This document shows positions 1-10,147 of a stretch of DNA of 64,000 nt, piece by piece (the stretch's first letter is position 1; each line of letters opens with the position of its first letter). Made by a program: the position numbers and the translations under genes. The notes under the pieces were generated by a model, which worked only from the letters and a program-made list of their open reading frames with translations, searched no databases and was not told the DNA's origin. Source of the stretch: an uncultured Pseudomonadota bacterium. GTDB lineage: Bacteria > Oederibacteriota > Muellerivitia > Muellerivitales > Muellerivitaceae. The stretch is from contig CAWIIP010000005.1 in the NCBI GenBank assembly GCA_963836235.1, positions 224,001 to 288,000 on the forward strand, given 5' to 3'.

Positions 1-543
1 GTTCATTCGGCGGGCCCCAGTGGAGTGGCAGGGACTCCCGCCTGTCCGGTCTCTGTGTCCCGGGATTTCGGGGGGGCTCCCATGACGGTTTTTACCTCGC
101 TGGAAAGCCATTCCCTGGTTCCTTGGACTACCCTCGCCCATTTTCCCTATGAAACCCCCGATATCGAGGAACTGGGAAAACCCCATACCAAGTCCATTTC
201 AAAAAAAGACAAGTTCCCTATACCGGATTTTGTACGTCGGCTGGACGGAACCCCGGTTGCCGTCGTGGGTTTCATGATCCCATTGGCATTAAACGATGCC
301 GGGGATAAGACAACTTCCTTCATTCTGGCCCGCAGCCAAGCCACTTGTTGTTATGGGATCACACCCCGGATGAACGAATGGATGTATGTCGAAATGGAGA
401 AGGGCAAATCCGCCGAGGCCATGATGGATATTCCCATCACAGTCTTCGGAACCCTGTCTGTCGGAGCACAAATAAAGGAATCGAATTGGACCCTTTACCG
501 GATGGTGGCCAACAAAGTCTCGGTTCCTAATATCAATTGGTGA
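1..543 (+). CDS. DUF3299-like protein (5'-truncated by window edge)
   Basis: Frame is open from base 1; motif V.GFMIPL...FIL...TCCYG..P..NEW is typical of DUF3299; adjacent to metal-uptake genes. Confidence 0.65.
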   Translation, partial: VHSAGPSGVAGTPACPVSVSRDFGGAPMTVFTSLESHSLVPWTTLAHFPYETPDIEELGKPHTKSISKKDKFPIPDFVRRLDGTPVAVVGFMIPLALNDAGDKTTSFILARSQATCCYGITPRMNEWMYVEMEKGKSAEAMMDIPITVFGTLSVGAQIKESNWTLYRMVANKVSVPNINW

Positions 544-612
544 ACCGAAACCATCAGAAAATCGGTTCCCCTTCTCGAAATTTTTCAACCTCTCTAAATC
601 AGCGCAACCCGA

Positions 613-642
613 TTGACATTGCCGATCCCCTCTTCCAATAAT
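613..642 (+). promoter_or_regulatory. Candidate sigma70 promoter of metal-uptake operon
   Basis: TTGACA (613-618), 18 nt, AATAAT (637-642); AAGGAG SD precedes ATG 669. Confidence 0.4.
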
Positions 643-668
643 GTGGCCCATTAAGGAGCGGCCCAACA

Positions 669-965
669 ATGGCTTTTTGCCGAAAGCATTTTTTACCTCT
701 GATTATCCTTATTCTCTCAGCTTTCCTGCCCGTCCTGGCGGCCCAAAGCTTCCATCACCATAGCCCGACTGAAAACCACCGGGATTGTTCCCTTTGCGAT
801 TTTCAACAAACCGCTTTCCAAGCCCCTGCCCTTCCCTTGCCCCCGCCCCTAGCTCCGGTTTTGCTGGTTTTCACCCTTTTCATTTTCCTTCCCTTCTATA
901 GTTACAATCCCTTCACTCTTCAACGTGGCAGGTCCCCTCCGCCAAACCTCCTGTCGTTTTTGTGA
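669..965 (+). CDS. DUF2946-like His/Cys leader protein with RSPP motif
   Basis: Signal-like N-terminus, HHHSPTENHRDCSLC (CxxC), Pro-rich linker, C-terminal RGRSPPP. Confidence 0.7.
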   Translation: MAFCRKHFLPLIILILSAFLPVLAAQSFHHHSPTENHRDCSLCDFQQTAFQAPALPLPPPLAPVLLVFTLFIFLPFYSYNPFTLQRGRSPPPNLLSFL

Positions 966-1001
966 CCAACGGCCTTTCAGGCCGAATCCACAGGAGGAAA
1001 C

Positions 1002-2138
1002 ATGTCTAATCGTTTTAAATTGTTGATATTGATTTCTATTAGTTCCCTTTTACCTAGCTTCTCTAACGCGCAAACCCGCTCCATCATCTCAAACCTGGCC
1101 AACCCGGCCATCGGCATGAGCGCGCTTTTTTTGGGACAGACGGCGCCCAACCTGGAGGAACCCTTCGGCATGCAGTTCCAGGAAGCCGAACTGAGCGTCA
1201 TTTCCACGGTGGATCCTTACTGGACCCTGGCGGCTAATCTTGTTTTTGGCGCCAACCCCGCCGACGGAACACCCGATACGGTGGAGGCGGAGGAAGCCTA
1301 CGCCACCACCGACAGCATCCCGAATATCCTATTGAAGGTCGGGGAAATGCGGGCACAGTTCGGGAAACACGGCCTTTTGCACACTCACGCCTTCCCCTTC
1401 ATCCAGGCCCCCATCATCATGGGCAATTCCATCGGCATGGAAGGTTTTAAGGACGCGGGTATTCAAGCGGCCTGGCTCTCCCCCCTCCCCTGGTTTTGCG
1501 AACTGACCGCCGGGGCCTATACCGCAGTGGCCAACGACGGGGTAACGGGGATCGGTGATCCGGTAGGACAAGGCAACCATCCCTTGGATTTCAATTCCCC
1601 GTCCCACGACAATATTCCCTACCTGTTCCACTTGAAAAATCTTTTCGACGTGGATGAAGACACCACCATGGAACTGGGCGCGTCCGATTTAACCGGCATG
1701 GGCGATGACGGCCTGCATCATGCGGTTTACGGGGCGGACTTGACTTTGCGAAACGTCCCTCTTCGCCAGTCGAACCAGCGGGGCTGGATTCTCCAGGGGG
1801 AATACATCAAGAAGGTCTCCTACAATGAAAGTGTTGACAACCAGGAAACCGACGGGTGGTACGGATCCTTCCAGTACCGGCTAGACCAAGAATGGTGGTC
1901 CGGGGTGCGGGTCGAGGAATGTTACAACGCCACACCGGACTTGGCCGTGGATCCCACCGAAAACTCGCTTCCCGGCAATGTCCAGCGGGTTTCCGCCGAC
2001 ATCGCCTGGCTGGCCTCGGAGTTTTCGGAAGTCCGGGCTGAATATAGTTACGCCCGCAACGACGCGGGTTCGGTGGACAACCGGGCCATGTTGCAATTTA
2101 ATTATGTCATCGGCTTCCATCCGCCGCATTCTTATTGA
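1002..2138 (+). CDS. Outer-membrane beta-barrel associated with metal ABC transporter
   Basis: Signal peptide, QEAEL..S.VDPY, FGK...LHTHA.PF and C-terminal G.HPPHSY; lies upstream of a ZnuA-like gene. Confidence 0.7.
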   Translation: MSNRFKLLILISISSLLPSFSNAQTRSIISNLANPAIGMSALFLGQTAPNLEEPFGMQFQEAELSVISTVDPYWTLAANLVFGANPADGTPDTVEAEEAYATTDSIPNILLKVGEMRAQFGKHGLLHTHAFPFIQAPIIMGNSIGMEGFKDAGIQAAWLSPLPWFCELTAGAYTAVANDGVTGIGDPVGQGNHPLDFNSPSHDNIPYLFHLKNLFDVDEDTTMELGASDLTGMGDDGLHHAVYGADLTLRNVPLRQSNQRGWILQGEYIKKVSYNESVDNQETDGWYGSFQYRLDQEWWSGVRVEECYNATPDLAVDPTENSLPGNVQRVSADIAWLASEFSEVRAEYSYARNDAGSVDNRAMLQFNYVIGFHPPHSY

Positions 2139-2179
2139 GGCAATTTTGAATTCTTAATTTTTAATTCAAGGAGAAACAG

Positions 2180-3094
2180 ATGAAATCATTTTTAAAGTTG
2201 TTATTAGGACTGGTGGCGGGCTTTTTAGCACTACCTGCGTTCGCGGATTTGAAAGTCGCCACCTCGCTCAGCGATTTGGCTTCGGTGGCGGAAGCGGTGG
2301 GCGGCAAGCACGTAACGGCCATCAGCCTTTGTAAAGGCTACGAGGACCCGCATTTCGTGCCGGCCAAGCCCAGCCTCATGAAGGCCATCCAAGACGCGGA
2401 CGTATTCGTGTCCGTCGGATTGGAGCTGGATGGCGGTTGGCTGCCTCTAGTCATTCCGGGAAGCCGGAACCCGAAGATTCAACCCGGATCGAAGGGTTTC
2501 ATCGACGCTTCCGAGGGCATCGAGGTGCTGGACAAACCAGTGGGAACCGTCAGCCGGGCTGAGGGTGATATCCATCCCCTGGGCAATCCCCATTACTATT
2601 CGGACCCCCTGAACTTGGGGATCGTAGCCACTCATTTGGCCGAGGTTTTCGGCGAACTGGACCCGGCTAACGCCGCCGAATACACAGCCAATGCCGAGGA
2701 TTTCAACGCCAAACTGGAAAAGGCCGTCAAAGGCTGGCAGGCACAATTGAAGCCCTTCAAAGGGGCGGAGATCGTGACCTACCACGAGAACTTCAAGTAC
2801 TTCACCAACCGCTTCGGCTTGAAGCTTTTCGGGACGGTGGAACCCAAGCCCGGTATTCCGCCTAGCCCCCGCTACTTGAACGAGACCGGCGAGGCCATGC
2901 AGAAAGCCGGGGTCAAAGTGGTGATCTATCAGCCCTACTATGAGGCGGATGAGGCTAACGAGCTGGCGAAAAAAGCCGGGGCCACGGCTTATGTGATCCC
3001 CAACGAGGTAGGCGGGGTGCCCGAGGCCAAGGATGTATTCTCCAAGTTCGACTTTATCGTCTCGACCTTGGTAAAAGCCTTGGGAGGAAATTAA
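2180..3094 (+). CDS. Metal (Zn/Mn) ABC transporter substrate-binding protein, ZnuA/TroA family
   Basis: EDPHFV, GDIHPLGNPHYY and TYHENFKY metal-binding motifs; signal peptide. Confidence 0.9.
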   Translation: MKSFLKLLLGLVAGFLALPAFADLKVATSLSDLASVAEAVGGKHVTAISLCKGYEDPHFVPAKPSLMKAIQDADVFVSVGLELDGGWLPLVIPGSRNPKIQPGSKGFIDASEGIEVLDKPVGTVSRAEGDIHPLGNPHYYSDPLNLGIVATHLAEVFGELDPANAAEYTANAEDFNAKLEKAVKGWQAQLKPFKGAEIVTYHENFKYFTNRFGLKLFGTVEPKPGIPPSPRYLNETGEAMQKAGVKVVIYQPYYEADEANELAKKAGATAYVIPNEVGGVPEAKDVFSKFDFIVSTLVKALGGN

Positions 3095-3099
3095 AAACT

Positions 3100-3924
3100 A
3101 TGTCTAGCTTTATCTCGGTTATGGGGCTGCCGATCCTGGCCTGCGTGCTTTTGGTGTTGATCCACCCTTCTTTGGGTACGCACGTTTTGGCCAGGGGCGT
3201 TATTTTCGTGGACTTAGCCTTGGCGCAAATCGCAGCCATGGGCCAAAGCGTGGCTTTCCTGCTGGGGGCCGAGCCCCATGACCCCAGCGTTTACTATTGG
3301 TCTTTCGCCTTCACCCTGCTGGGCGCGGCCTTGTTCAGCTTCCTGTGGGACCGTAACCATTCGGTCCTGCAGGAGGCCTTCATTGGCATCGCCTTTTCGC
3401 TGTCCACGGCCGCTTCGCTTTTGCTTCTGGCCAATGCCCCCCACGGAGCGGAGCATGTCCAGGGAACCTTGAACGGCGAGGCCTTGGGCTGGGTGACCTG
3501 GCGAGACATCGCGATCATGGCCTTCTTTTACGGCATCGTCGGGCTGTTTCTTTTCTTCAACCGCAAGACCCTCACCCTTTGCTCGACCGACCCCAAGGAA
3601 GCCGAACGCCGGGGTATCTCAGTGAAGCTTTGGGATTTTCTCTTTTACGCCGCATTTGGGCTGGTGGTCACCAGTTCTGTCAAAATCAGCGGCGTTCTGG
3701 CGGTTTTTTCATTCCTGATTGTTCCATTGGTTTGCACCACGCTTTTGGGACACAAGGGCTCCACTCGCCTCTACTGGGCCTGGGGCATCGGGTTCGGTGT
3801 CTCCCTGATAGGATCAGTTGTTTCTTATACGAGGGATTTACCCATGGGAGCTAGTATCGTTTGTGTTTTCGGCTTGGCCGTCGTCCTGATCTCCATGGCG
3901 ACCCGCATGAAAAACGCGGACTAG
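3100..3924 (+). CDS. Metal ABC transporter permease (ABC-3/ZnuB family)
   Basis: HVLARGVIFVDLALAQIAA, multiple TM helices, SVKISGVLAVFSFLIVP. Confidence 0.88.
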   Translation: MSSFISVMGLPILACVLLVLIHPSLGTHVLARGVIFVDLALAQIAAMGQSVAFLLGAEPHDPSVYYWSFAFTLLGAALFSFLWDRNHSVLQEAFIGIAFSLSTAASLLLLANAPHGAEHVQGTLNGEALGWVTWRDIAIMAFFYGIVGLFLFFNRKTLTLCSTDPKEAERRGISVKLWDFLFYAAFGLVVTSSVKISGVLAVFSFLIVPLVCTTLLGHKGSTRLYWAWGIGFGVSLIGSVVSYTRDLPMGASIVCVFGLAVVLISMATRMKNAD

Positions 3925-3962
3925 GCATCGCCGACAAAACAATTTGAATTTGTAGCTAAAAT

Positions 3963-4001
3963 AAAAAAGCACCACTGGCTTTAGGCCAATGGTGCTTTTT
4001 T
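3963..4001. terminator. Bidirectional intrinsic terminator
   Basis: AAAAAAGCACCA...TGGTGCTTTTTT hairpin between convergent genes. Confidence 0.8.
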
Positions 4002-4020
4002 ATTTTACTGCACTAATATC

Positions 4021-4260
4021 TTAAGAAACGACCGAGTTTCCCTTGGTTTCGGCAGGCTTCGCGGCCTCAGCCGGCAAAGCTGCATTGACCGGCGCGGCCG
4101 GAGTGGAAACGGTGTGATTGGCGGGGTCATCCGGATTCGCAGCCTTTTTAAATTCACGCATCGCCGTTCCCAATCCCTTGGCGAAATCGACCATTTTATT
4201 CGGTCCAAAAAACAAAAGTCCGACAGCGAGAATGAGTAGGATTTCTTCGATACGGCCCAT
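4021..4260 (-). CDS. tatA: Twin-arginine translocase TatA/TatE subunit
   Basis: EILLILAVGLLFFGPNK...AKGLG.AMREFKKA. Confidence 0.88.
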   Translation of the reverse strand: MGRIEEILLILAVGLLFFGPNKMVDFAKGLGTAMREFKKAANPDDPANHTVSTPAAPVNAALPAEAAKPAETKGNSVVS

Positions 4261-4364
4261 GGCACAACTCCCTAAAAACTAAGAATGATGCTTCTATATA
4301 AGGATGCTCCCTTGTCTTGGTTTTTTCAATAGCTATTCCGCTCCACCCTAAAATACCTGGTGAT

Positions 4365-4733
4365 TTACCCCTTGTGGGATTTGGAATAGTGCCGGACAAG
4401 CCCGGGCAATTGCTCCCGGAAAGCCGACTTGGGCAAAGCCAAGTCCGCTCCCAATTCTTTCGCGTCCTGCAAAAGATCGGCTCGCAGGCTGTTGCCGAAG
4501 GCCACGAGGGGGATTTTTCGAGTGGATGGATTTTGTTTCAGCTTTTGAACCAACGAGGGCCCGTCCAATGAAACCAGCCCAATTTCAATGAAAATCACAC
4601 CGGGGTTTCCCTCTTGGAGGGCCGCCAAAAGAGTTTCTTCCTCCGTCAGGCAAAGGCATTCGACCGATTCGCTTTCGGCAGCCTTCTCGATCATTTCCTG
4701 GGATAAGGCTTCTTGGACAATCGCGATGATCAC
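4365..4733 (-). CDS. Single-domain receiver-like protein (atypical)
   Basis: DGPSLVQKLKQNPSTRKIPLVAF...AKELGAD; the phospho-Asp position appears to be Glu (IFIEIGL). Confidence 0.7.
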   Translation of the reverse strand: MIIAIVQEALSQEMIEKAAESESVECLCLTEEETLLAALQEGNPGVIFIEIGLVSLDGPSLVQKLKQNPSTRKIPLVAFGNSLRADLLQDAKELGADLALPKSAFREQLPGLVRHYSKSHKG

Positions 4734-4759
4734 TTTTCCGTCCTATTGAAATCCAATGG

Positions 4760-4954
4760 CTATTGTCCGTCCGGAAGCGGGATGAACATTAGCCCGTCAT
4801 CCAAGAAGCTTTTCTTGGCGCCTTTTTGGGCGCAAGAATCCTTTTGGCAGCTATAGACGGCCTTATAGTTCGTCTTTCCCGCGGCCACTTCCCCCTTGAT
4901 GATCTTCCGGGATATTTCTTTCATCTCATTTCCGCAACCCAAACAGGACGGCAT
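4760..4954 (-). CDS. Small Cys-rich (zinc-ribbon-like) protein
   Basis: MPSCLGCG...CQKDSC; AGGAGG SD before ATG at 4954. Confidence 0.55.
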   Translation of the reverse strand: MPSCLGCGNEMKEISRKIIKGEVAAGKTNYKAVYSCQKDSCAQKGAKKSFLDDGLMFIPLPDGQ

Positions 4955-5127
4955 GGTTCCTCCTAAAATAAACCACAGCATTTGGCCGCGAATCAAGGCA
5001 AATTTTCACGGTTTTAAAAACAAAGACCAAAGAAATAGAAGCCCTTGCCCCCATATTTTCTTTATCGACAGATTTTGATTTCAATTTTAAATCGGCGTCA
5101 ATTTGCGAGAATTCGCGGCTAATTCTT

Positions 5128-5427
5128 TTACCTCGACCTTTCTTCCATCTCTTTTTCAATCTCAGCGATCCTCACCTCTGTCAACTGGTCGGCTTGCTTC
5201 CGGCCCAAGGGAGCCAGGGCCACAAACTTCGGCTGATTAAGAACCACTAAGTCTTGTTCCCGCATCTTTTCCAGGATCAAGTCCAGGCGTTCCTTGTCCT
5301 CCTTGGGGAAAAGAGCCTTTTGAAAACGGATTTCCTTCAGGATAGATTCCGTCATCAAAAAAGAGGTTTTTCTTTTCTTGAAAACTCGGAGGATGGCGTC
5401 CCGAAACATCTCGAAATCCTCATTCAT
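5128..5427 (-). CDS. Hypothetical protein (possible winged helix)
   Basis: 99-aa ORF co-oriented with neighbours. Confidence 0.5.
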   Translation of the reverse strand: MNEDFEMFRDAILRVFKKRKTSFLMTESILKEIRFQKALFPKEDKERLDLILEKMREQDLVVLNQPKFVALAPLGRKQADQLTEVRIAEIEKEMEERSR

Positions 5428-5460
5428 TCGGCAAACCTTTCAAAGGGTTCGAAAATATCC

Positions 5461-6036
5461 CTATTTGGACAAAGTTTTCTCGATACGCCTATCCGGCACC
5501 AGCCACATCAAGGCCACCGCCACATACAAGGCGTAGGCCAGCCAATAGTTCCAAAAACAAAGTAGTAAGGCGACGACGTAAATGACGATGGAAATCTTGC
5601 CCTTGAAATCGCTCCCCAAAGCGGTGGCCAGCGTGGAGTTTTGGCCGGGGTGCGCCAGGAGGGCCCGGACCAGGATATAGTAGGCGATGGCCGAAAAAAG
5701 AAGGTCAAATCCGTAAATCGCCACCGGCCAGGCCGCGAAGCTGTCAACCCCGATCCATCGGGTGGCAAAGGGAATCAGCGAGAGCCAAAACAACAAGTGC
5801 AAATTCGCCCAAAGAGTGGGCCCATTGACCGTCTTGACGGCTTGCATCAGGTGATGATGGTTGCTCCAATAGATGCCCACGAAGATGAAACTCAGGGCGT
5901 AGCTGACGAAGTCGGGGATCAGGGGTTTCAAGTCCGCCAGGCCCGTTCCGTCGGGCACTTTCAGTTCCAGGACCATGATGGTGATGATGATGGCCATCAC
6001 CCCGTCGCTGAAAGCCTCCAGCCTTCCCTTGTTCAT
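5461..6036 (-). CDS. TMEM175 family potassium channel (DUF1211)
   Basis: Signature RLEAFSDGVMAIIITIMVLE; YWSNHH. Confidence 0.92.
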   Translation of the reverse strand: MNKGRLEAFSDGVMAIIITIMVLELKVPDGTGLADLKPLIPDFVSYALSFIFVGIYWSNHHHLMQAVKTVNGPTLWANLHLLFWLSLIPFATRWIGVDSFAAWPVAIYGFDLLFSAIAYYILVRALLAHPGQNSTLATALGSDFKGKISIVIYVVALLLCFWNYWLAYALYVAVALMWLVPDRRIEKTLSK

Positions 6037-6082
6037 GGATGTCCTCTTTTTAGTTTCAGAATGTGAAATGCGAGGTCGGTCC

Positions 6083-7042
6083 TTATCCCCCTGGAGGGAA
6101 CAAAACTAGGACGATCGTACCCAGGGCGGCGAGGGTTCCCAACAAACCGAAAAGGATATCCCATCCCCGGTTTCCCTGTCTTTCCCACTGGGCCTTGCAG
6201 AGAAAACCCAACAGAGCCCCGCAGGCGAAACCCGATCCATGCGCCGCGTTATCTGCCCCGATCATGAACCCGAAACCCATCGTGTAAAGGCCCCACATCA
6301 CCATTTGGTCGCGGACGGCCTTCCCCATCCGAGTTCCGTCCCGCTGTCCCCATCCCGCCGCCAAGCCGATTAGGCCCATCAGCGCTCCCGAAGCCCCGAT
6401 CCCCACGCCTCTCAAGCCTATCATTTCGCTTCCCAAACCCGCCACCATCCCGGTGAGCATGAAGAAAAACACCATCCGTCCCCGGCCGAATATCTGCTCG
6501 ATTTGGGGGCCGATCTGTTGGAGGGCGATCAGGTTGAAAAGAATGTGCCAAAGGCCCGCGTGAAGGAAAATATAGGTCGAAAGCCGCCACCACTCCCCTT
6601 CCATGACGGACGGGGGAAAATTGCCGCCGAAACGCACCAGTGTATCCGCGTCCAAGTTCAGCAGTCCAAATCCCCCCTGCGCCATCGCGACGCGGACATA
6701 GCAGAGGATAATCCCCGCGCTCAACAAAAAGCTGACGGAAGCCGGATGAAAACCGACAATGCCCAGCCGTCCCAAGACCTCCCAAAACCGGGGGGCCATG
6801 GCCTTGCCGCAATAAAAGCAAACCTTGTTGGTCCTATCCTGAAGGCTGTGGCAGTGGGGACAAATCCGGTGTTGGTAACCGATATGCTGGGCTGTGGACC
6901 GGCCCCGATTGAGTCGGTTCGACCAACCTTCCTTCAGGCCCATCAATTTCCATCGGAACTTGACGGGGTTCGCTCCCAAGGCACCCGCGATCCGGGTGAG
7001 GACGTCAATCCAATCTTTTGAGTTTTCTCCGGGGTTTGGCAT
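6083..7042 (-). CDS. Rhomboid intramembrane serine protease with N-terminal zinc ribbon
   Basis: WWRL, HAGLWHILFN, GASGAL, AHGSG; CPHC...CFYC. Confidence 0.9.
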   Translation of the reverse strand: MPNPGENSKDWIDVLTRIAGALGANPVKFRWKLMGLKEGWSNRLNRGRSTAQHIGYQHRICPHCHSLQDRTNKVCFYCGKAMAPRFWEVLGRLGIVGFHPASVSFLLSAGIILCYVRVAMAQGGFGLLNLDADTLVRFGGNFPPSVMEGEWWRLSTYIFLHAGLWHILFNLIALQQIGPQIEQIFGRGRMVFFFMLTGMVAGLGSEMIGLRGVGIGASGALMGLIGLAAGWGQRDGTRMGKAVRDQMVMWGLYTMGFGFMIGADNAAHGSGFACGALLGFLCKAQWERQGNRGWDILFGLLGTLAALGTIVLVLFPPGG

Positions 7043-7181
7043 AGGTCCCCATCATAAATCAGGCGGGGGCCCTGGGATACCGGACGCTGAAAGAATTTGA
7101 GGGACAAACCCTAATACTTAATCCGAGAAAGGATCCAGGGTTTTGATGCCTGATGAAAACTTCCACCCCTGCGCCCCAGAA

Positions 7182-7430
7182 TCAGTTTTGAATTTGCCCC
7201 TGAGATGGCGGGACCATGAAAGCTTTCGCTTTTTGGTATTCGGCGTCAAATCCCTCGATCAATTCGGGATAGACGACTACTCTTTCGATCCTGGATTTTT
7301 CGTTTTTAATCCGGACGTCCTCGATCAATAAATAACGCCCCGACCGGGGGGAATCCTTGACGGTAAACCGATATTCCCCGCTTTTCACCTTGATCGCCGA
7401 CTCGTAAACCGTCTTGTTTTCCGATTCCAT
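7182..7430 (-). CDS. PUR/DUF3276-like nucleic-acid-binding protein
   Basis: YRFTVK..RSGRYLLIE...RIERVVVYPE.IEGF pattern. Confidence 0.55.
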   Translation of the reverse strand: MESENKTVYESAIKVKSGEYRFTVKDSPRSGRYLLIEDVRIKNEKSRIERVVVYPELIEGFDAEYQKAKAFMVPPSQGQIQN

Positions 7431-7498
7431 GGCCCCCCCTGAAAGGATGCGGTATCGGTCCGTCGGGAACTTGGACGAATCGATTTCCTTTTATGATT

Positions 7499-7657
7499 TT
7501 AGGCTTTATTTGTTTCCGGCGCCTTTTTCACCACGGCGGCCATTTTTGCCATCGCTTCCACCAGGGCGGAGCCAGTCAAATGGCGGGTCTTCTTCCGTTG
7601 AATCCGCTTCACCGTAAATTCCGTCTTGGCCTTTTTGGGCCCTTTTTGCTTTGTCAT
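7499..7657 (-). CDS. Small basic hypothetical protein
   Basis: Lys-rich 52-aa ORF with GGGAG SD. Confidence 0.4.
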   Translation of the reverse strand: MTKQKGPKKAKTEFTVKRIQRKKTRHLTGSALVEAMAKMAAVVKKAPETNKA

Positions 7658-7863
7658 TTTCAACTCCCGTTTAAAAAATTGAGGCAACGTCCCATCTTAT
7701 GGGGGGCCACTCCCAATTGATACCTGGCAGGAAAATATAGTTGGTCTTTCCAAACCTCCATTTATCCTTTTCATTCGGGAGGCGGCACTGACGCTAAATG
7801 AAAAATGGAAGCGGTAAAATTGACCGGTCAGAAAATAATTTAGGTCCGGCCGGACGCTGGTCC

Positions 7864-8697
7864 CTACCGTTTAATGACGTCGAACAAACTCAGGGTCTGG
7901 TAACCGGCAGGAGGATCGAAAGTCCTCGGATTGAATTTTCGGGAACGAACACGGAGGATTTGGAACCGGCAGGAAGGCTTTCCCCCTGCGTAAAGGATCG
8001 CGAGGACCGGTAATTGTGGCTGGGAAATCCCCTCTTGAAAATCAGTCGTATCCACTCCCCATTGGGTCAATTCCCCGCTACAAAGATCCACCACAAGATG
8101 AACCAGGCTGCGCAAAGTGTCGTAGTCTTCTTCGCTCATGCCCGCTTTCTCAGGGGAAGTCACCCATACTTCGCGGGCCCTTACCCCATTCAAATCAGTA
8201 CGGTACCCGTCACAGGTAAAACCGGTTTTTTGGATTCCCTTCTCCTTAAGGACCGGAATCCCGTTGAAAAAAGCCCGTGCGTTTTCCTGGGCCATTTCAT
8301 AGGCCTTCTGGGCGCTTTCCCGCGACCCGGCGATTTCAGCCTGAAGCCTATCGGCGGCGATGGCGCCCATCAATTTGAGGACGGTCTGGTTGTTCTGTGT
8401 GAGCGGCAAAATGGTTTTGTGGAGGTCGTCCACCACCGTCACCAAAGAGTTTTCCCGGTCGTAAATCAGGGACCCATGGGACCATGGCCCCTGGAAATCC
8501 AGCCGCAATTGCCCCTCGCCGATGGCGGCTTCCACATCCACCCAGGCGTCTTTATAGGTATAGCTTTCCAGGTGGGCTCTCACGCCGACGCCAGCCCAAA
8601 GGGGCGAAATCCAGCAGGAATACAGGAGGAAGAGAGTGGTTATTCGCGGGGCTTTATTCACGGCGTCATCATACCGGCGTTCCGAAAGGTGGATCAA
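7864..8697 (-). CDS. Secreted protein, DUF4412-like (start uncertain)
   Basis: Signal-like segment; GFTCDGY...EVWVT and FDPPAGY C-terminal motif. Confidence 0.55.
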   Translation of the reverse strand: MIHLSERRYDDAVNKAPRITTLFLLYSCWISPLWAGVGVRAHLESYTYKDAWVDVEAAIGEGQLRLDFQGPWSHGSLIYDRENSLVTVVDDLHKTILPLTQNNQTVLKLMGAIAADRLQAEIAGSRESAQKAYEMAQENARAFFNGIPVLKEKGIQKTGFTCDGYRTDLNGVRAREVWVTSPEKAGMSEEDYDTLRSLVHLVVDLCSGELTQWGVDTTDFQEGISQPQLPVLAILYAGGKPSCRFQILRVRSRKFNPRTFDPPAGYQTLSLFDVIKR

Positions 8698-9025
8698 GAG
8701 AAGTCCCTAGTGGTTCCTACAAAACTGTAACACGATTCTTCAGAACCTCATCCAGCTTTTTTGAACCCCCCCTACTTTTTTCAGAAAAAAAGCCTGTCTC
8801 GGATTTTTTGGGCCATTTTCCAAGTTGGTACGACTGTTGCATTACAAAAGTAAGTCGTCGTTGAATGAACAAAAGGTAAAAGGGCGCTTGGCGGGGAAAG
8901 CGGTGAGCGCGGTTAAAACGCTGACAACTCATTTGAACTAAAAAATTACAATTGAGAACCATTGATTCACGCGTGCAACCGCGTTCTTCGCTATTTCAAT
9001 CCTTGCGCTTAGGGAGGGGCTGTCG

Positions 9026-9145
9026 ATGAAAAAATCTTATTGGAATTCATGGCCCGGTTTCTTGGCTCAAATGGTCTCCTTTGCCGTTCTCGGCGTTCTC
9101 ATCGCCTTGGCGGTGAAAAACATTCAATATCTCCTGGGAGGTTGA
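9026..9145 (+). CDS. Small single-TM protein (39 aa), not in ORF track
   Basis: GGGAGGGG SD; MKKSYWNSWPGFLAQMVSFAVLGVLIALAVKNIQYLLGG. Confidence 0.45.
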   Translation: MKKSYWNSWPGFLAQMVSFAVLGVLIALAVKNIQYLLGG

Positions 9146-9554
9146 AGTTGGTGGAACTCTCATACCGTTACCTTAAAAACCTATTCGACTTGCGTCATAC
9201 CTTTCCGATCAAGCGTCTGGTTTGGTCCCTGGAAACCCGGCTGCAATGGTCGGTGGAGTCCTTTTTGAGGACGATAGGGGCTGGCAAGTAGGCTTGATCC
9301 CCGGCTGACCGCTTAAGAAGAGGGGGGAATCGGGCCGCCTTTCGGCGGGATGGACGAGGGACGCAACATCCCCGCCTTCCCGCTTTTTTATGCCCGAATC
9401 GCCTCAACTTACCCATCCCCTTTTTAACTAAGATAAATGACTTTCTTTTGTCCTTTTTCTGAAAAAATTTTATTTGGACTGTCGGTTGACTAAAATAACC
9501 GTTAAAATTGACCTGAATCTTCTACACATTATTGCCATTTACCGGGAGGGGGTC

Positions 9555-10013
9555 ATGTCCTCTGGAGACGCTTCCGAAAAATTCTTGGACGATATCCACC
9601 GTTTAAGGGAATGCCTGCAGGGAACCTTCTTCCTCGACCGGTTGAAAATGACGGAGCTGGAAAAGCTCATGTCTGCCATGAAAAAACAGCATTTCCCTCC
9701 GGGTTTTACCGTCTTCAAGCAGGGGGATAAGGGGGAGACTTTTTACCTAGTTTCCAAGGGCCGGCTTTCCTTCTGGGTCCGCAAAGGGCTGATGGAAAAG
9801 AAGGTCACCGAACTTTTTCCAAAGGACTTCTTCGGGGAAACCGCCTTGATCAGCGACAATCCCCGTTCGGCCACCGTGAAGACCGAAACGGAGTGCGACC
9901 TGTTTCTTTTAAATAAGGCGGATTTCAAGGAGATCCTCATGGCCAATCTTTGGATCGCCGAGGAAATCCGATCCCACATGGCCCAAAAAAATCGAATCAA
10001 GAAAAAATCGTAA
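9555..10013 (+). CDS. Stand-alone cyclic-nucleotide-binding protein
   Basis: FKQGDKGETFYLV, FFGETALISDNPRSATV; no HTH. Confidence 0.85.
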   Translation: MSSGDASEKFLDDIHRLRECLQGTFFLDRLKMTELEKLMSAMKKQHFPPGFTVFKQGDKGETFYLVSKGRLSFWVRKGLMEKKVTELFPKDFFGETALISDNPRSATVKTETECDLFLLNKADFKEILMANLWIAEEIRSHMAQKNRIKKKS

Positions 10014-10147
10014 ATTCCAATCTGCTTCCGTGGAATCTTTTAACGTGAAATAGTAATTTCTCTTTTTTCTTTAGTTTACCCGCACAATGATTCTCCGTTG
10101 TGTTAGATTCCCCTGGTTGTTTTTCAGGTTTTCAGAAAGGTGAACTG

